DNA of 64,000 nucleotides from Candidatus Aenigmatarchaeota archaeon (GCA_038733315.1 JAVYPJ010000001.1:333020-397019); one strand, 5' to 3'; positions 10,381 through 20,245 are shown, numbered from the stretch's first letter. Translations and numbers: made by a program. The notes: a model not told the origin generated them from the sequence alone.

Positions 10381-10899
10381 ATGGTTAAAAAGTTTTATTA
10401 CATATTATATCCGAGAAATGTTTATGTTATAGGTGTTGGTAGTGTAAAGAATAATGAAATAAACTTTATGAGCGCTTGTTGGGTTATGCCAGTTGCTACA
10501 GATAAAAAACTAATAGCTTTTTCGTGCCATAGGGAAAATTATTCTTTCGAGCTTATTGAGAAATATAAGGCTTTTTCTGTTAATGTGACAGATAATATAG
10601 ATTTAATTTGGAAGCTTGGAACAACTAGTGGAAGAGAAATAAATAAAGCTAAAGAGTTTGATGTTAAATTCGAAAGCGGGAAGGTTTTGGATGTGCCTAT
10701 TTTAAAAAATTGTCTAGCATTTTTAGAGGCAAAAGTTATTAATTATGTTGATGTCTCAGATCATAGATTATACATAGCTGAAGTTATGAATTTGGGTGGA
10801 GATATTGGCGATTATGGTTTAAGGGAGTATTGGAGAGTTCCATTACATAAGGGTGGAAAGGCTTTTGCAAAAGTTTCTAGAGAATTAAAATTTATTTAA
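10381..10899 (+). CDS. Flavin reductase family protein
   Basis: YPR.V..IG, NFMSACW, FSVN, GTTSGR, DHRLYIAEV. Confidence 0.9.
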   Translation: MVKKFYYILYPRNVYVIGVGSVKNNEINFMSACWVMPVATDKKLIAFSCHRENYSFELIEKYKAFSVNVTDNIDLIWKLGTTSGREINKAKEFDVKFESGKVLDVPILKNCLAFLEAKVINYVDVSDHRLYIAEVMNLGGDIGDYGLREYWRVPLHKGGKAFAKVSRELKFI

Positions 10900-10918
10900 A
10901 AATTTTTATATATACTCT

Positions 10919-11545
10919 ATGGGGGAATTAAAAATTAAAATAAAAACATCTTATTTAATAGCAATTGTTATTGTTTTAATATTTTTAGTTTTTTCAATTT
11001 TTTTGTTTCAAAATCTAAATTTGTTTAAAGAAAGCGAAATTACAAATGTTAATGATTTAATACTTCAGAGCGATATAATTCTAGGAAATCCTAATTCTGG
11101 AAAAATTCTAATTGAATATAGCAGTTTAGAATGTTCTGCATGTGAATATTTTCACTTATACCTTTTTGATAATGTTCAGGATGCAATTAATAAAAACGAA
11201 ATAGCGTATATAATAAGGTTAATTCCTTTTAAAAGGGATGAGTTTAGCAACAATTTAGCTAAGCTAGGATATTGCTCAATAAAACTTACTAATTCAACAG
11301 AATTTATTAAAACTATATATAAGAATTTAGATAGCGCTAAAAACATTAACTTTTTTTATGAATTGTTTGATGGTGATGTAGAGAAATTAAAAGAGTGCGT
11401 AAATAGTTTTGAAGCTGAAAAATATTTATCTAATAACATTAAGAAATTCTTAGATGATAAAAATGAATTCACTCCAACATTTATATTAATAAAAAACGGT
11501 AGAATTGAAAAAATAGTTGGTGCTAGGGTTATTAATTTAGATTAG
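10919..11545 (+). CDS. DsbA-family thioredoxin-fold protein, membrane anchored
   Basis: LGNPN...IEYSSLECSAC, TPTF, IVGA. Confidence 0.85.
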   Translation: MGELKIKIKTSYLIAIVIVLIFLVFSIFLFQNLNLFKESEITNVNDLILQSDIILGNPNSGKILIEYSSLECSACEYFHLYLFDNVQDAINKNEIAYIIRLIPFKRDEFSNNLAKLGYCSIKLTNSTEFIKTIYKNLDSAKNINFFYELFDGDVEKLKECVNSFEAEKYLSNNIKKFLDDKNEFTPTFILIKNGRIEKIVGARVINLD

Positions 11546-13129
11546 AAGGTTTAAATTAATTTCTGCTATAGTAGTTGGCATGAATATTTCAAAATTGGAT
11601 AAAATTTCGGGATGAACTTCTCCTAAGAATCCTATAACTTTTTTATTTTCTAAAACTATGTATGCTTGTCTACCTTCTATTAAAAACTCTAGTTTACTTT
11701 CTTTTAGAGAAATTTCTTTCTTTAAATATTTGAATAACTCTTCCAAAATAGAAATAATTTCTGAAAGGTTTGCTTTTTCGTGGCAACAACAAATACATAA
11801 ACATCTATAATCCTCTAAATTTTTTACTATATATCCTATTTCGAAAACATTTTGTGGATATTCTTTTGAAATGTTTTTAGATAAGAAGGATAGAATACTT
11901 GGGAATAAACAATTTCTTATTACGTTATATTCTTCGCTTACAGGATTTAATATTTTAGTAGGTTCTTCAGAAATTTTAGCCCTTATTAAATTTTTTTTGT
12001 TTGTAAGTGTTGGTGTTATTATTTCTAAAAACTTCATACCTATTAAAAATTCCCTAATTTTGTTTTCAAAAATTTCTCTTTCGTGAATCTTTCCTATCGT
12101 TACTGTTTTTAATTCATCAAGCTCAAAATTATTATAACCATATGCTATTGCTACATCCTCTATTATATCTCTTTTATGTAATATATCTACTCTATAGAAT
12201 GGTACAACAACATCTATATCTTCTTCATTTAATGTAATAGCTTCAAATCCCATTTTTTCAAGTAAATTCTTTATTTCTTCAGCTTTTAAATTTAAACCAA
12301 GTAAGCTATTTATTTCTTTCTTATTTATTCTAATTATTTCGTTATCGATTTTTGGATATTCATCATTATTTAAATAAACTTTTTGAGGACTTCCAAAAAA
12401 TGAAAAGAAATAAATTAATATTTTTGTGGCTATTTCTACACTTCTCTTATCTATTCCAGTAATGTCTACAAAAATGTTTTTAGTATTTGTTGTTAATCTT
12501 GTTTTTTCGGAATTTATTATTGGTGGAAATGAAATTATAGATTCTTCATCATAAATTGCTGGATAAGGTTCATAAATCAAATTCCCATATTTCTTACCTT
12601 TATCACATATTTCCAAAACTTCGTTTAAAGTCATTTCAGTTTCATAAGTTAGTGGAATCATTTTTTCGTTTGGAAGAGCTTCTCTATAATAAATCTCTCC
12701 CTTTATTTTATCTAAATCGTGAATTCCTATAGCAACTAAACTTCTGTCTCTTCCAACATATTTATGCAAAGTTTCTTGAAATTCAATAATTCTTTTTAGT
12801 AGATTTTCATCCATTTTTAAATCTTTAACTACAAAACAAGAAAAGAATTCTCTACATCGAACTTTATGTTTATAATATACTTTTATTCCAGAATTTTCCA
12901 TTTCAAGCTTTTTAATGCAGCCACCAAATAGGAAATCTTTTATAGCTTTTAGAAGACCCTCTTCAAAAAACAAATCAACCCTATCTTGAGTTATAGATAT
13001 TTTTATTTTATCTTCAGTAATTTCCTCTACTTCTGGTTTAAAACTCTCTATTATTTCAGCTATTTTTTCGTTTTCTTCTGTCTGAAGCTCTTTTTTCAGT
13101 TTCTTTAAATTGTATTCGAAAACAGGCAT
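11537..13129 (-). CDS. pheT: Phenylalanyl-tRNA synthetase beta subunit
   Basis: AIGIHDLD, SFPPIINS, YRVDILH..DIIEDVAIAYGY, GEVHPE. Confidence 0.97.
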   Translation of the reverse strand: MPVFEYNLKKLKKELQTEENEKIAEIIESFKPEVEEITEDKIKISITQDRVDLFFEEGLLKAIKDFLFGGCIKKLEMENSGIKVYYKHKVRCREFFSCFVVKDLKMDENLLKRIIEFQETLHKYVGRDRSLVAIGIHDLDKIKGEIYYREALPNEKMIPLTYETEMTLNEVLEICDKGKKYGNLIYEPYPAIYDEESIISFPPIINSEKTRLTTNTKNIFVDITGIDKRSVEIATKILIYFFSFFGSPQKVYLNNDEYPKIDNEIIRINKKEINSLLGLNLKAEEIKNLLEKMGFEAITLNEEDIDVVVPFYRVDILHKRDIIEDVAIAYGYNNFELDELKTVTIGKIHEREIFENKIREFLIGMKFLEIITPTLTNKKNLIRAKISEEPTKILNPVSEEYNVIRNCLFPSILSFLSKNISKEYPQNVFEIGYIVKNLEDYRCLCICCCHEKANLSEIISILEELFKYLKKEISLKESKLEFLIEGRQAYIVLENKKVIGFLGEVHPEILSNFEIFMPTTIAEINLNLLI

Positions 13130-13130
13130 G

Positions 13131-14582
13131 TTAAATATTTCTTAAGAAATCAATATCTTGTGACATTATGTTTCTTATGTCGTTTATTCCTGTTTTTAAC
13201 ATAACTAACCTACCGATTCCAATACCCCAAGCTAATATTGGTAAATCTATATCGAAGGGCTTAGTTACTTCTTCTCTAAATATTCCAGCACCACCAACTT
13301 CTACATATTTATCGTTAATTTTAATAAAAACCTCTACACTTGGTTCTGTAAACGGAAAATAGGCTGGCTTAAACTTAACTTTATCGCTACCAAAAATTTT
13401 TACTAATTCTTTTAGTATATATAGTAAATTTTTAAATGTCAAATCTTTATCTACTATAATTCCCTCTAACTGATCAAACTCTATAAAATGTTTTGCATCT
13501 ATTGTATCCGGTCTAAAAACTCTATCTATTGCAAACATTTTTAAGGGAATTTTTACTTCGCCTTTTTTTATTTTGTATAGAACTCTAGCACTTATTGATG
13601 TATTATGACTTCTCAAAATATATTTTTTTGCAAGTTCTTCGTCAAAATATTCCCATCCTTTAGAATATTTACCTAAGTGAGAAGACTTTACTTTTTCAAA
13701 AATTTCATTATCTATTTCAGCTTTTTCTTGAGTATCTATATAATATATGTCATGAATATCTCTTGCAACATGTCTACTAGGCATAAACAAAGCATCACAA
13801 TTCCAAAAATTGCTTTCAATAATTCTTCCTTTAAACTCTTCAAATCCTAGGGAAATCAAAAAAATTCTAACTTCGTTAAGTATTCTATTATAAAAATGAA
13901 TTTTTCCTGGATAAATTCTTCCAGAACTTATTAACTCATATTTTTTAAATCTTTTGTTTTTCCACATTCCTTTTTTTAGAATTTCTGGAGTAATAGATGC
14001 TATTTCGGCTTCATCTATCTCAATTTCTTCTTTTTTTGCCAGCTCTGTTAGCTTTATAAATCTTTTTTTGATAATCTTTTCTTCTACAATTTTCCTTTTT
14101 ATAAATTCTTGTAACACATTTTTATCTTCTATTTCATCTTCGCTAACTTCAAACTTAAGTTTTTCTAATACAATCTCTTTTGGCATTTTATTTTCTAAAT
14201 ATTCTTTTGCTTTTTCATTTAGTTGTACTTCTCCTCTAACTATGGAGATTAATTTATCGTTTTTAAGCCAAATAATTCCTATTTCTGATTTTCTATATTT
14301 TGTTGTTAGCTCACCAATGTTTGTTATACCATTTGCTAATAAATTCAAAACATTTCTTTCTGGTAAACCATTTTCTAAATACTCTTTACCTTCTTGAGAT
14401 AGCGTATAAACCTTTTTCTCTTCTGTTATAATTTCTATTAAATTCTTGGATTTTAATAATTGTAGTATTCTTTCTAGATAATCTTTATTTAACCTAGACT
14501 TTTCTACAAGGTCCTCGAAATTTATACTTTCAAAATCTCTTAAAAGTTTAATTATAGCATACTCATCGCTGGATACTTTCAT
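13131..14582 (-). CDS. pheS: Phenylalanyl-tRNA synthetase alpha subunit
   Basis: FWNCDALF, LRSHNT, RVFR, YFPFTEPS, AWGIGIGRL. Confidence 0.97.
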   Translation of the reverse strand: MKVSSDEYAIIKLLRDFESINFEDLVEKSRLNKDYLERILQLLKSKNLIEIITEEKKVYTLSQEGKEYLENGLPERNVLNLLANGITNIGELTTKYRKSEIGIIWLKNDKLISIVRGEVQLNEKAKEYLENKMPKEIVLEKLKFEVSEDEIEDKNVLQEFIKRKIVEEKIIKKRFIKLTELAKKEEIEIDEAEIASITPEILKKGMWKNKRFKKYELISSGRIYPGKIHFYNRILNEVRIFLISLGFEEFKGRIIESNFWNCDALFMPSRHVARDIHDIYYIDTQEKAEIDNEIFEKVKSSHLGKYSKGWEYFDEELAKKYILRSHNTSISARVLYKIKKGEVKIPLKMFAIDRVFRPDTIDAKHFIEFDQLEGIIVDKDLTFKNLLYILKELVKIFGSDKVKFKPAYFPFTEPSVEVFIKINDKYVEVGGAGIFREEVTKPFDIDLPILAWGIGIGRLVMLKTGINDIRNIMSQDIDFLRNI

Positions 14583-14616
14583 AAACTAAAATATTACCCT
14601 GAAAAATTTAAATAAT

Positions 14617-14690
14617 GGGGCCGTAGTCTAGCTTGGTAGTGATGCCGGCTTGGGGTGCCGGTGGCCCGAGTTCAAATCTCGGCGGCCCCA
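14617..14690 (+). tRNA. tRNA-Pro(GGG)
   Basis: Cloverleaf; CCGGC-TTGGGGT-GCCGG. Confidence 0.97.
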
Positions 14691-14743
14691 AAAACGATTT
14701 TATATAGGATTTTTTCTAAGATTTATTTTATATAGAATTTTAT

Positions 14744-14892
14744 GCCGGGGTCGCCTAGCTGGCTATGGCGGCGGACTTGAGTGACAGATTGGCGTGAAAC
14801 TGATTAGAAAATGAAAAATGATGTGGGTGTCGAAATGAGAAAGAAATCCGCTGGGCTTTACGCCCGCGTGGGTTCAAATCCCACCCCCGGCG
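14744..14892 (+). tRNA. tRNA-Ser(TGA) with 64-nt intron at 37/38 (14782-14845)
   Basis: GCGGA-CTTGAG/intron/A-TCCGC; long variable arm GGGC-TTTAC-GCCC; G73. Confidence 0.95.
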
Positions 14893-15418
14893 ATATATTT
14901 TGATTTAACTTATATTTATTTTTGCAATATTCAAAAAATTCTTCAACTATTTTTTTAGTTATTTCTATGAAAATATTTTTTTCGAGCGCTGGTAATTCTA
15001 ATACTATAGTATTTTTGCAAAGAACATCATCTATTATGCAAACATAATAATTGTTAATTCTTTCAGCAATTTTCCTTCCATTTTCATCTATTAAGAATTG
15101 TTCTGTTGAAGCTTTTAGATTATAATTTTTTAATATATCTTCTATTTTCTTAGAAATAGAGATTAAATCTTCTTTTTTGGGATAAATTATTATCGAATAT
15201 TCTTTATATTCTTTTTTCTTATCCAATACATTTTCATGAATTTCTAAAATTAAGGGATTTTCTTCATATAAATCTTTTATATATTTTATAAACTCGTTTC
15301 TTTTTTCAAAATTTTTAAACTCTATTTCTTTATTTTTGAATTCATCAGAAATAATACTAAATGCCTCTTTTGGTAATTTTTCTCCTTTATGCTCAAAACA
15401 AACAACTATAAGCTTCAT
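14858..15418 (-). CDS. Hypothetical protein
   Basis: 186-aa ORF with host-like composition; its 3' end runs 35 nt antisense into tRNA-Ser. Confidence 0.6.
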   Translation of the reverse strand: MKLIVVCFEHKGEKLPKEAFSIISDEFKNKEIEFKNFEKRNEFIKYIKDLYEENPLILEIHENVLDKKKEYKEYSIIIYPKKEDLISISKKIEDILKNYNLKASTEQFLIDENGRKIAERINNYYVCIIDDVLCKNTIVLELPALEKNIFIEITKKIVEEFFEYCKNKYKLNQNISPGVGFEPTRA

Positions 15419-15448
15419 TAATTAAAAAGGTGTTAATTAATTTAGTTT

Positions 15449-15519
15449 TGGGCCCGCTGGGAATTGAACCCAGCTCTCCGCCGCGTGAGGGCGGTGTCCT
15501 ACCGCTAGACTACGGGCCC
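15449..15519 (-). tRNA. tRNA-Val(CAC)
   Basis: Reverse-complement cloverleaf; CCGCC-CTCACGC-GGCGG. Confidence 0.97.
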
Positions 15520-15524
15520 AAAGA

Positions 15525-15935
15525 TTATTTACCAAATTTCCAGTGTTTAGAAACTCTAATAATTATTCTATCTTCGAAAAAATCGAAAATTAAGTGAATA
15601 AGGAATGCTAAAAGGAACAATGATATTAGTGTATTGTAAAACATCAACAAAGGCACTGTAATTAATAGAATTGCGATTGTTGGAATATTGTGAAATAATA
15701 GAAAACCTCTTCTATACCTATCACTTTTAATATTAAACCTTAGAAAATCCTTTATCGAAGTAAATCTAATATATTTTAAATATATGAAGTGATCTATATC
15801 TGGTATAAACGCACCAGCAAATATTACAACAATTCTCTCTATTATAGAAATGTCTTCTACATATATTAAAGATAGTACAATAAGAATTACTGGAATTAAA
15901 AAGTGTAGTATTGAATGTAATACCCAACTCTCCAT
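15525..15935 (-). CDS. Membrane-bound metal-dependent hydrolase (YdjM-like)
   Basis: H..H, GAFIPDIDH, LFHN, HLIFD. Confidence 0.75.
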   Translation of the reverse strand: MESWVLHSILHFLIPVILIVLSLIYVEDISIIERIVVIFAGAFIPDIDHFIYLKYIRFTSIKDFLRFNIKSDRYRRGFLLFHNIPTIAILLITVPLLMFYNTLISLFLLAFLIHLIFDFFEDRIIIRVSKHWKFGK

Positions 15936-15938
15936 AAG

Positions 15939-16484
15939 TTAAAATGAGAGACTTAGAACTATAAATATTAAAGATATAATTAAAAAAATCGGTATTAGTT
16001 GTGGCCTGTAGAAAAATAGTGCTGAGCTAAACGAGTTTGGATAAGGGGTTAAAAGGGAAATTGTTAAAATAGAAGGTATAAAAGTTAATATGAAGTTTTT
16101 GAAAATAATTCCTAAGGAAGAAATTATTAAAAGTACGAGTAAAAAAATAAAAGAGACTTCTCCAATTTCCTTAGAAGTCATTCTATATTCAAAAATTTTT
16201 CTTGCTCTAGTATAATAATAAAAATCTCCAAGAGATAGTAGCGGAAAAAAAGGGATTTTGAAAATTACAAGAAAAAGAGATAGAAGCATTCCAATCAAAA
16301 AAATTCTATATGTTGGTTTTATATAGATTTTTTCTGAATAAAGATAAGAGGCGAAAAAGGCTAAAAAAAGGATTGATAAGGAAGCTATGCATGAGAGAAA
16401 GATGTTTATAGAAAAAATGTAGGATATAGAAATTCCACAAAAAATTGCTGTTAAAAAAATGTTTAGAAAATTATTGATAAACAT
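15939..16484 (-). CDS. Hypothetical multi-pass membrane protein
   Basis: Several hydrophobic helices; translationally coupled to the upstream protease gene. Confidence 0.65.
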   Translation of the reverse strand: MFINNFLNIFLTAIFCGISISYIFSINIFLSCIASLSILFLAFFASYLYSEKIYIKPTYRIFLIGMLLSLFLVIFKIPFFPLLSLGDFYYYTRARKIFEYRMTSKEIGEVSFIFLLVLLIISSLGIIFKNFILTFIPSILTISLLTPYPNSFSSALFFYRPQLIPIFLIISLIFIVLSLSF

Positions 16485-17263
16485 TAACTTTTGAAAAAGT
16501 ATTTTAGTGCATCTTCTATTTTAGACACTTCTATAACATTCATTCCAAGTTCCTCTGATAGATTTACTTCCTTAGTTTCATACGTTATTGTACAAAACTC
16601 AAAATTTCCTATTTTTGTGCAACTTCTTTTTGGTATTAATTCTATTTCTTTTGATTGTCCATTTGGAACTAAACATATTTTAGCACCATTGTTTTTGGCA
16701 GCTAAGCATTTTTCTTTTACAGCACCAACTTTACCTATGTTTCCATTTTCATCTATGGTACCAGTTATGACAACTTCTCTATTAATTTCTTTTTGTGATA
16801 AGGCTGCTATAGTAGCTATTGTTATCGCAGACCCAGCAGAAGGACCACCAACAATAGATGCATTTGCTTCAATAGTATATATGATATCTAAATTGGATGT
16901 GTTTATTTTTGTTATTTTTTCAGCAATTTCTTTTGCTACTCTTATAGAATTTTGTGTGTCAACCCAAAAGAATAAATTTTCTATGTTTACTAATACTTTT
17001 CCAGTACCGTTTTTAACTTCAACAATTAGCTTAGTTATAGCTCCATAACCATTTTCGTCTATTGCAAGCAATGGAAATTCTACTCTTGAAAAATTACTTT
17101 GAAATGTTGTTGTGAATTTCGTTTCTAAATAATTTTCTTTAATAGCGTTTTTAGTTTGTAAATTTTTTATATTTGTGAATATAGATGTTATTGCTATAAG
17201 TATAACAATTATAGATAATACAATTACAATATTTTCATTCTTTTCCTTTTTCCTTCTCTTCAT
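16484..17263 (-). CDS. Membrane-anchored S16 (Lon C-terminal-like) protease without ATPase domain
   Basis: GGPSAG Ser motif, ITGTI...G.IGKVG.V.EK Lys motif; N-terminal TM. Confidence 0.9.
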   Translation of the reverse strand: MKRRKKEKNENIVIVLSIIVILIAITSIFTNIKNLQTKNAIKENYLETKFTTTFQSNFSRVEFPLLAIDENGYGAITKLIVEVKNGTGKVLVNIENLFFWVDTQNSIRVAKEIAEKITKINTSNLDIIYTIEANASIVGGPSAGSAITIATIAALSQKEINREVVITGTIDENGNIGKVGAVKEKCLAAKNNGAKICLVPNGQSKEIELIPKRSCTKIGNFEFCTITYETKEVNLSEELGMNVIEVSKIEDALKYFFKS

Positions 17264-17301
17264 ATATTAATACTTCAACTTATAAATTAAAAAAATAATT
17301 T

Positions 17302-17584
17302 GGTGGGGGCGCGCTTAGAGTCGATAGGTTAACCCATTGTAGTTAACCCAGCTTTCAACTCTTAACTATACCTACGAACGTGGCTACCATAGTTTATGGC
17401 TGCTCCCTTTCGGGCCTCACCAGGTTCACTATGATAGCCACCCCGTAGGCATAGTTATTTCATTGTTTACGGCTGGACTACAATGAGCTAACCTACCTTC
17501 CCTAAGCTACGGCGGCCATTATGGACCGTTTGCCCTGGCAGTGCGCCAGAGGGGAGGCCCAGCCCCCCGCCGGAGGCCCCCACC
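17302..17584 (-). ncRNA. ffs: Signal recognition particle (7S) RNA
   Basis: Terminal helix GGTGGGGGC/GCCCCCACC, Alu-like 5' hairpins, long helix 5, helix 8 TGGTGAGGCCC-GAAA-GGGAGCAGCCA. Confidence 0.95.
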
Positions 17585-17676
17585 TAAAAATATTATTGTT
17601 TTTACTTCATAAAAACGCGAATCTAAATTTCGAAAAGTATTTATATATTTAAAATTAATACTATAAGTAATATAAT

Positions 17677-17820
17677 ATGAACTACTGGATATATCAGGAA
17701 GAGGAAGAAGAGGAAGAGGAGGAAGAAGAGGAAGAAGAAGACTTTGATGAGGAAGACTTTGATGAAGAGATAGGAGAAATAGAAGAAGAAGAGGATTGGG
17801 AAGAAGAAGAGGAAAAATAA
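17677..17820 (+). CDS. 47-aa extremely acidic microprotein (MNYWIYQ-E14-DFDEEDFDEEIGEIEEEEDWEEEEEK)
   Basis: ATG..TAA below ORF-track size; mixed GAA/GAG codons preserve Glu; TATA-like tract upstream. Confidence 0.75.
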   Translation: MNYWIYQEEEEEEEEEEEEEEDFDEEDFDEEIGEIEEEEDWEEEEEK

Positions 17821-17828
17821 TAAAGATA

Positions 17829-18656
17829 TCAAAAAACCCTAAAATCTATCCTTACTTTATATATTTTTGGTGCGTAGGGCAAAACTTTTATTTTTTCTAA
17901 TATTTCAAAATTTAACTTAAATTTTTTGCAAGCCTCTTCAACATCTTTTATAGCTTTTTCAAAGGGATTTTCTTCTTTGCCCCAGTTATAATAATGAATA
18001 ATAGTATTTTCTTTTGCAAACTCTAAAGCTTTTAAAAGAAAATTCTCTGATGAAATAGGTAAAGTAACAATAATTCTATCAAATTTTGATTTAAGTTTTA
18101 AATTTTTTACATCGCAAATTATGTTAACAATTTCATTTTTTATTTTATTTAATTTTTTGCTTTCTTCAGAGTATTTTATAGCATATTTATTAATTTCAAC
18201 ACAAAAAATCTTAACATTTTTAACTTTTTTAACTATTGCAAACGCGAGCGGAGAAATTCCACTAAATAAATATAAAATTTTTTCTCCATCTTTTATTTTT
18301 GATGCTATTCTTTGTCTTTCTGTTGCTTCTCTTGGAGAAAAATAAACTTTTTGTGGGTCTACTTTCAAAAAATATCCATATTCTTTATGAATTACTTCTG
18401 TATTTTTATCTCCTACTATCTCAAATTCATATAATCTTAATTTGCCTTTTCTGCCCGATTTTTTAAATAAAACAGATTTAACATTTTTATTAAATTTTTT
18501 GATGGCCTCTGCTATTTCATTTTTATATTTATCCATACTCTCATCCCAATCTATAATAGCTACAGCTTTATCTCTATTTCCAACTATATCAAAGCTTCCT
18601 GGAATTTTTTTTAAAGTTTCTTCAGGAATAATGTTTTTTAAGAGAGTTTTTAACAT
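17829..18656 (-). CDS. Trm5/TYW2 (Met-10) family tRNA-modifying SAM-dependent transferase
   Basis: SFDIVG, HKEYG...VD..KVYFSPR..ERQRI, VEINKYA, FDRIIVTLP. Confidence 0.9.
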   Translation of the reverse strand: MLKTLLKNIIPEETLKKIPGSFDIVGNRDKAVAIIDWDESMDKYKNEIAEAIKKFNKNVKSVLFKKSGRKGKLRLYEFEIVGDKNTEVIHKEYGYFLKVDPQKVYFSPREATERQRIASKIKDGEKILYLFSGISPLAFAIVKKVKNVKIFCVEINKYAIKYSEESKKLNKIKNEIVNIICDVKNLKLKSKFDRIIVTLPISSENFLLKALEFAKENTIIHYYNWGKEENPFEKAIKDVEEACKKFKLNFEILEKIKVLPYAPKIYKVRIDFRVF

Positions 18657-18662
18657 AAATTT

Positions 18663-19310
18663 ATGATAGTTGCACTAAACTTTAAGGCATTCAGAGAAAC
18701 TATCGGAAACAATTCTTTAAAGATTATTAAAAAAATAGATAAAAAATTTAAAAAGATAAAATTGATAGCTATAGTTAATCCAGCTGATATTTCTTTGGTT
18801 TCGAAGGTAAAAAGAAAAAATATAAAACTATACACTTCTTTAAATAAATACTGTGAAACTTATGGATCTTATACTGGTGGAATTCCGTTAGAGTTTTTAA
18901 AGGAAAAGAATTTTGACGGAATTCTTTTGAACCATTTCGAAAATAGAATAGTTTTTAGCGAGTTAAAAAAATTTATCGACTTTTCTAAAAAAATAGGTTT
19001 AGAAACTATGGTCTGTGCGAAGGATTTGAGTGAAGCTAAAAAAATAGATAAGATAAATCCAAAATATTTATCTTACGAGGCACCAGAATTAATAGGAACA
19101 GGGAAAGCAATATCAAAATATAAGGCAGAGAGTTTAAAAAAGTTTATTGAAATAACAAAATCGATTCCAATCTGTGGCGCTGGAATTTCTGAAGCTATAG
19201 ATGTTAAGATTGCAAAAGATTTAGGAGCAGAAGGAGTTTTAATTGCTAGCGCTTTCGCCAAGGCTAAAAATAAAATAAAGTTTTTAAAAGAGATTGATAG
19301 AATTTTATGA
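18663..19310 (+). CDS. tpiA: Triosephosphate isomerase (archaeal type)
   Basis: LNFK, LNHFE, YEAPELIGTG, CGAGIS, GVLIASA. Confidence 0.93.
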   Translation: MIVALNFKAFRETIGNNSLKIIKKIDKKFKKIKLIAIVNPADISLVSKVKRKNIKLYTSLNKYCETYGSYTGGIPLEFLKEKNFDGILLNHFENRIVFSELKKFIDFSKKIGLETMVCAKDLSEAKKIDKINPKYLSYEAPELIGTGKAISKYKAESLKKFIEITKSIPICGAGISEAIDVKIAKDLGAEGVLIASAFAKAKNKIKFLKEIDRIL

Positions 19311-20245
19311 AAGTATTAGTTGTTGGGAGTGCGTTAATAGATATTGTTTGTAAAATAGAGGATAAAATTGATTTAAAATCAAAAAAACTAATTTTTAATT
19401 TAGGTAGTAAGTATAACTTAAGTTTGATTGAATTTTCCGCTGGCGGCTCTGCTCTAAATGTTGCTTGTAATTTATCTATTTTAGGAGAAAAAACTTTTTT
19501 AGTTTCTAGAGTTGGTAGGGATTTATATGGCAATTATATTCTTGAGACGTTAAAAAAATATGGAGTAACTTCTTTATTGAAAATAGATAAAAAAAATTCT
19601 ACTGGCTTTTCTGTAATTTTAATAAAGGATGGAGAAAAAGTTGTGTTTAGTAGTAAGGGGGCTTCTGAAGAGTTAAGCGAAAAGGATATTAAAGAGGAAA
19701 ATATTAAAAATAGCGATGTTATTATTGCAACTAGCTGTGGAAAAAAGTCCAGAAAAATTTATAAAAATCTTTTTAACCTTTCTAAAAAATACAATAAATT
19801 TTTTGTTTTTAATCCTAGCATTTCTATTATAAGAAAGGAAAAGAAGTTGTTAAAAATTTTTAAAGATGCCGAGCTAATAATTTTGAATAAGGAAGAGGCG
19901 CTAGAAATAACTAATAAAAAAAGTTTAATAGAATCTGCTAAGAAAATGTTAAGACATTTTAAAAGGGTTATAATTACTTTGGGTAATGATGGATGTATTT
20001 ATTTTGATGAGAGAACAAAAATATATAAAAAAGCTTATAAGGTTAAAGTGGTTAGTACCATAGGTGCTGGGGATAGTTTTACTGCAGGGTTTGTCCATTA
20101 TTTTTTTAAAACAAGAAATATAGAAGATTCCTTAGATTTTGCTAGTGCGTACGCTGCTATAAACGTTTCTAACTTTGGAAGTATTGTTAATGCTAAGGAA
20201 TCTCAAGTTCTAGATTTTATGAGAAAATACAAAACTAAAAGGTAA
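19307..20245 (+). CDS. PfkB-family carbohydrate/nucleoside kinase
   Basis: GGSALNVA, ILNKEE, ITLG..G, STIGAGDSF. Confidence 0.93.
   Translation: MKVLVVGSALIDIVCKIEDKIDLKSKKLIFNLGSKYNLSLIEFSAGGSALNVACNLSILGEKTFLVSRVGRDLYGNYILETLKKYGVTSLLKIDKKNSTGFSVILIKDGEKVVFSSKGASEELSEKDIKEENIKNSDVIIATSCGKKSRKIYKNLFNLSKKYNKFFVFNPSISIIRKEKKLLKIFKDAELIILNKEEALEITNKKSLIESAKKMLRHFKRVIITLGNDGCIYFDERTKIYKKAYKVKVVSTIGAGDSFTAGFVHYFFKTRNIEDSLDFASAYAAINVSNFGSIVNAKESQVLDFMRKYKTKR

Noticed and set aside
17641..17832. 63-aa Phe/Leu-rich minus-strand ORF
   Set aside because: It is the antisense shadow of the GAA/GAG-rich acidic microprotein.
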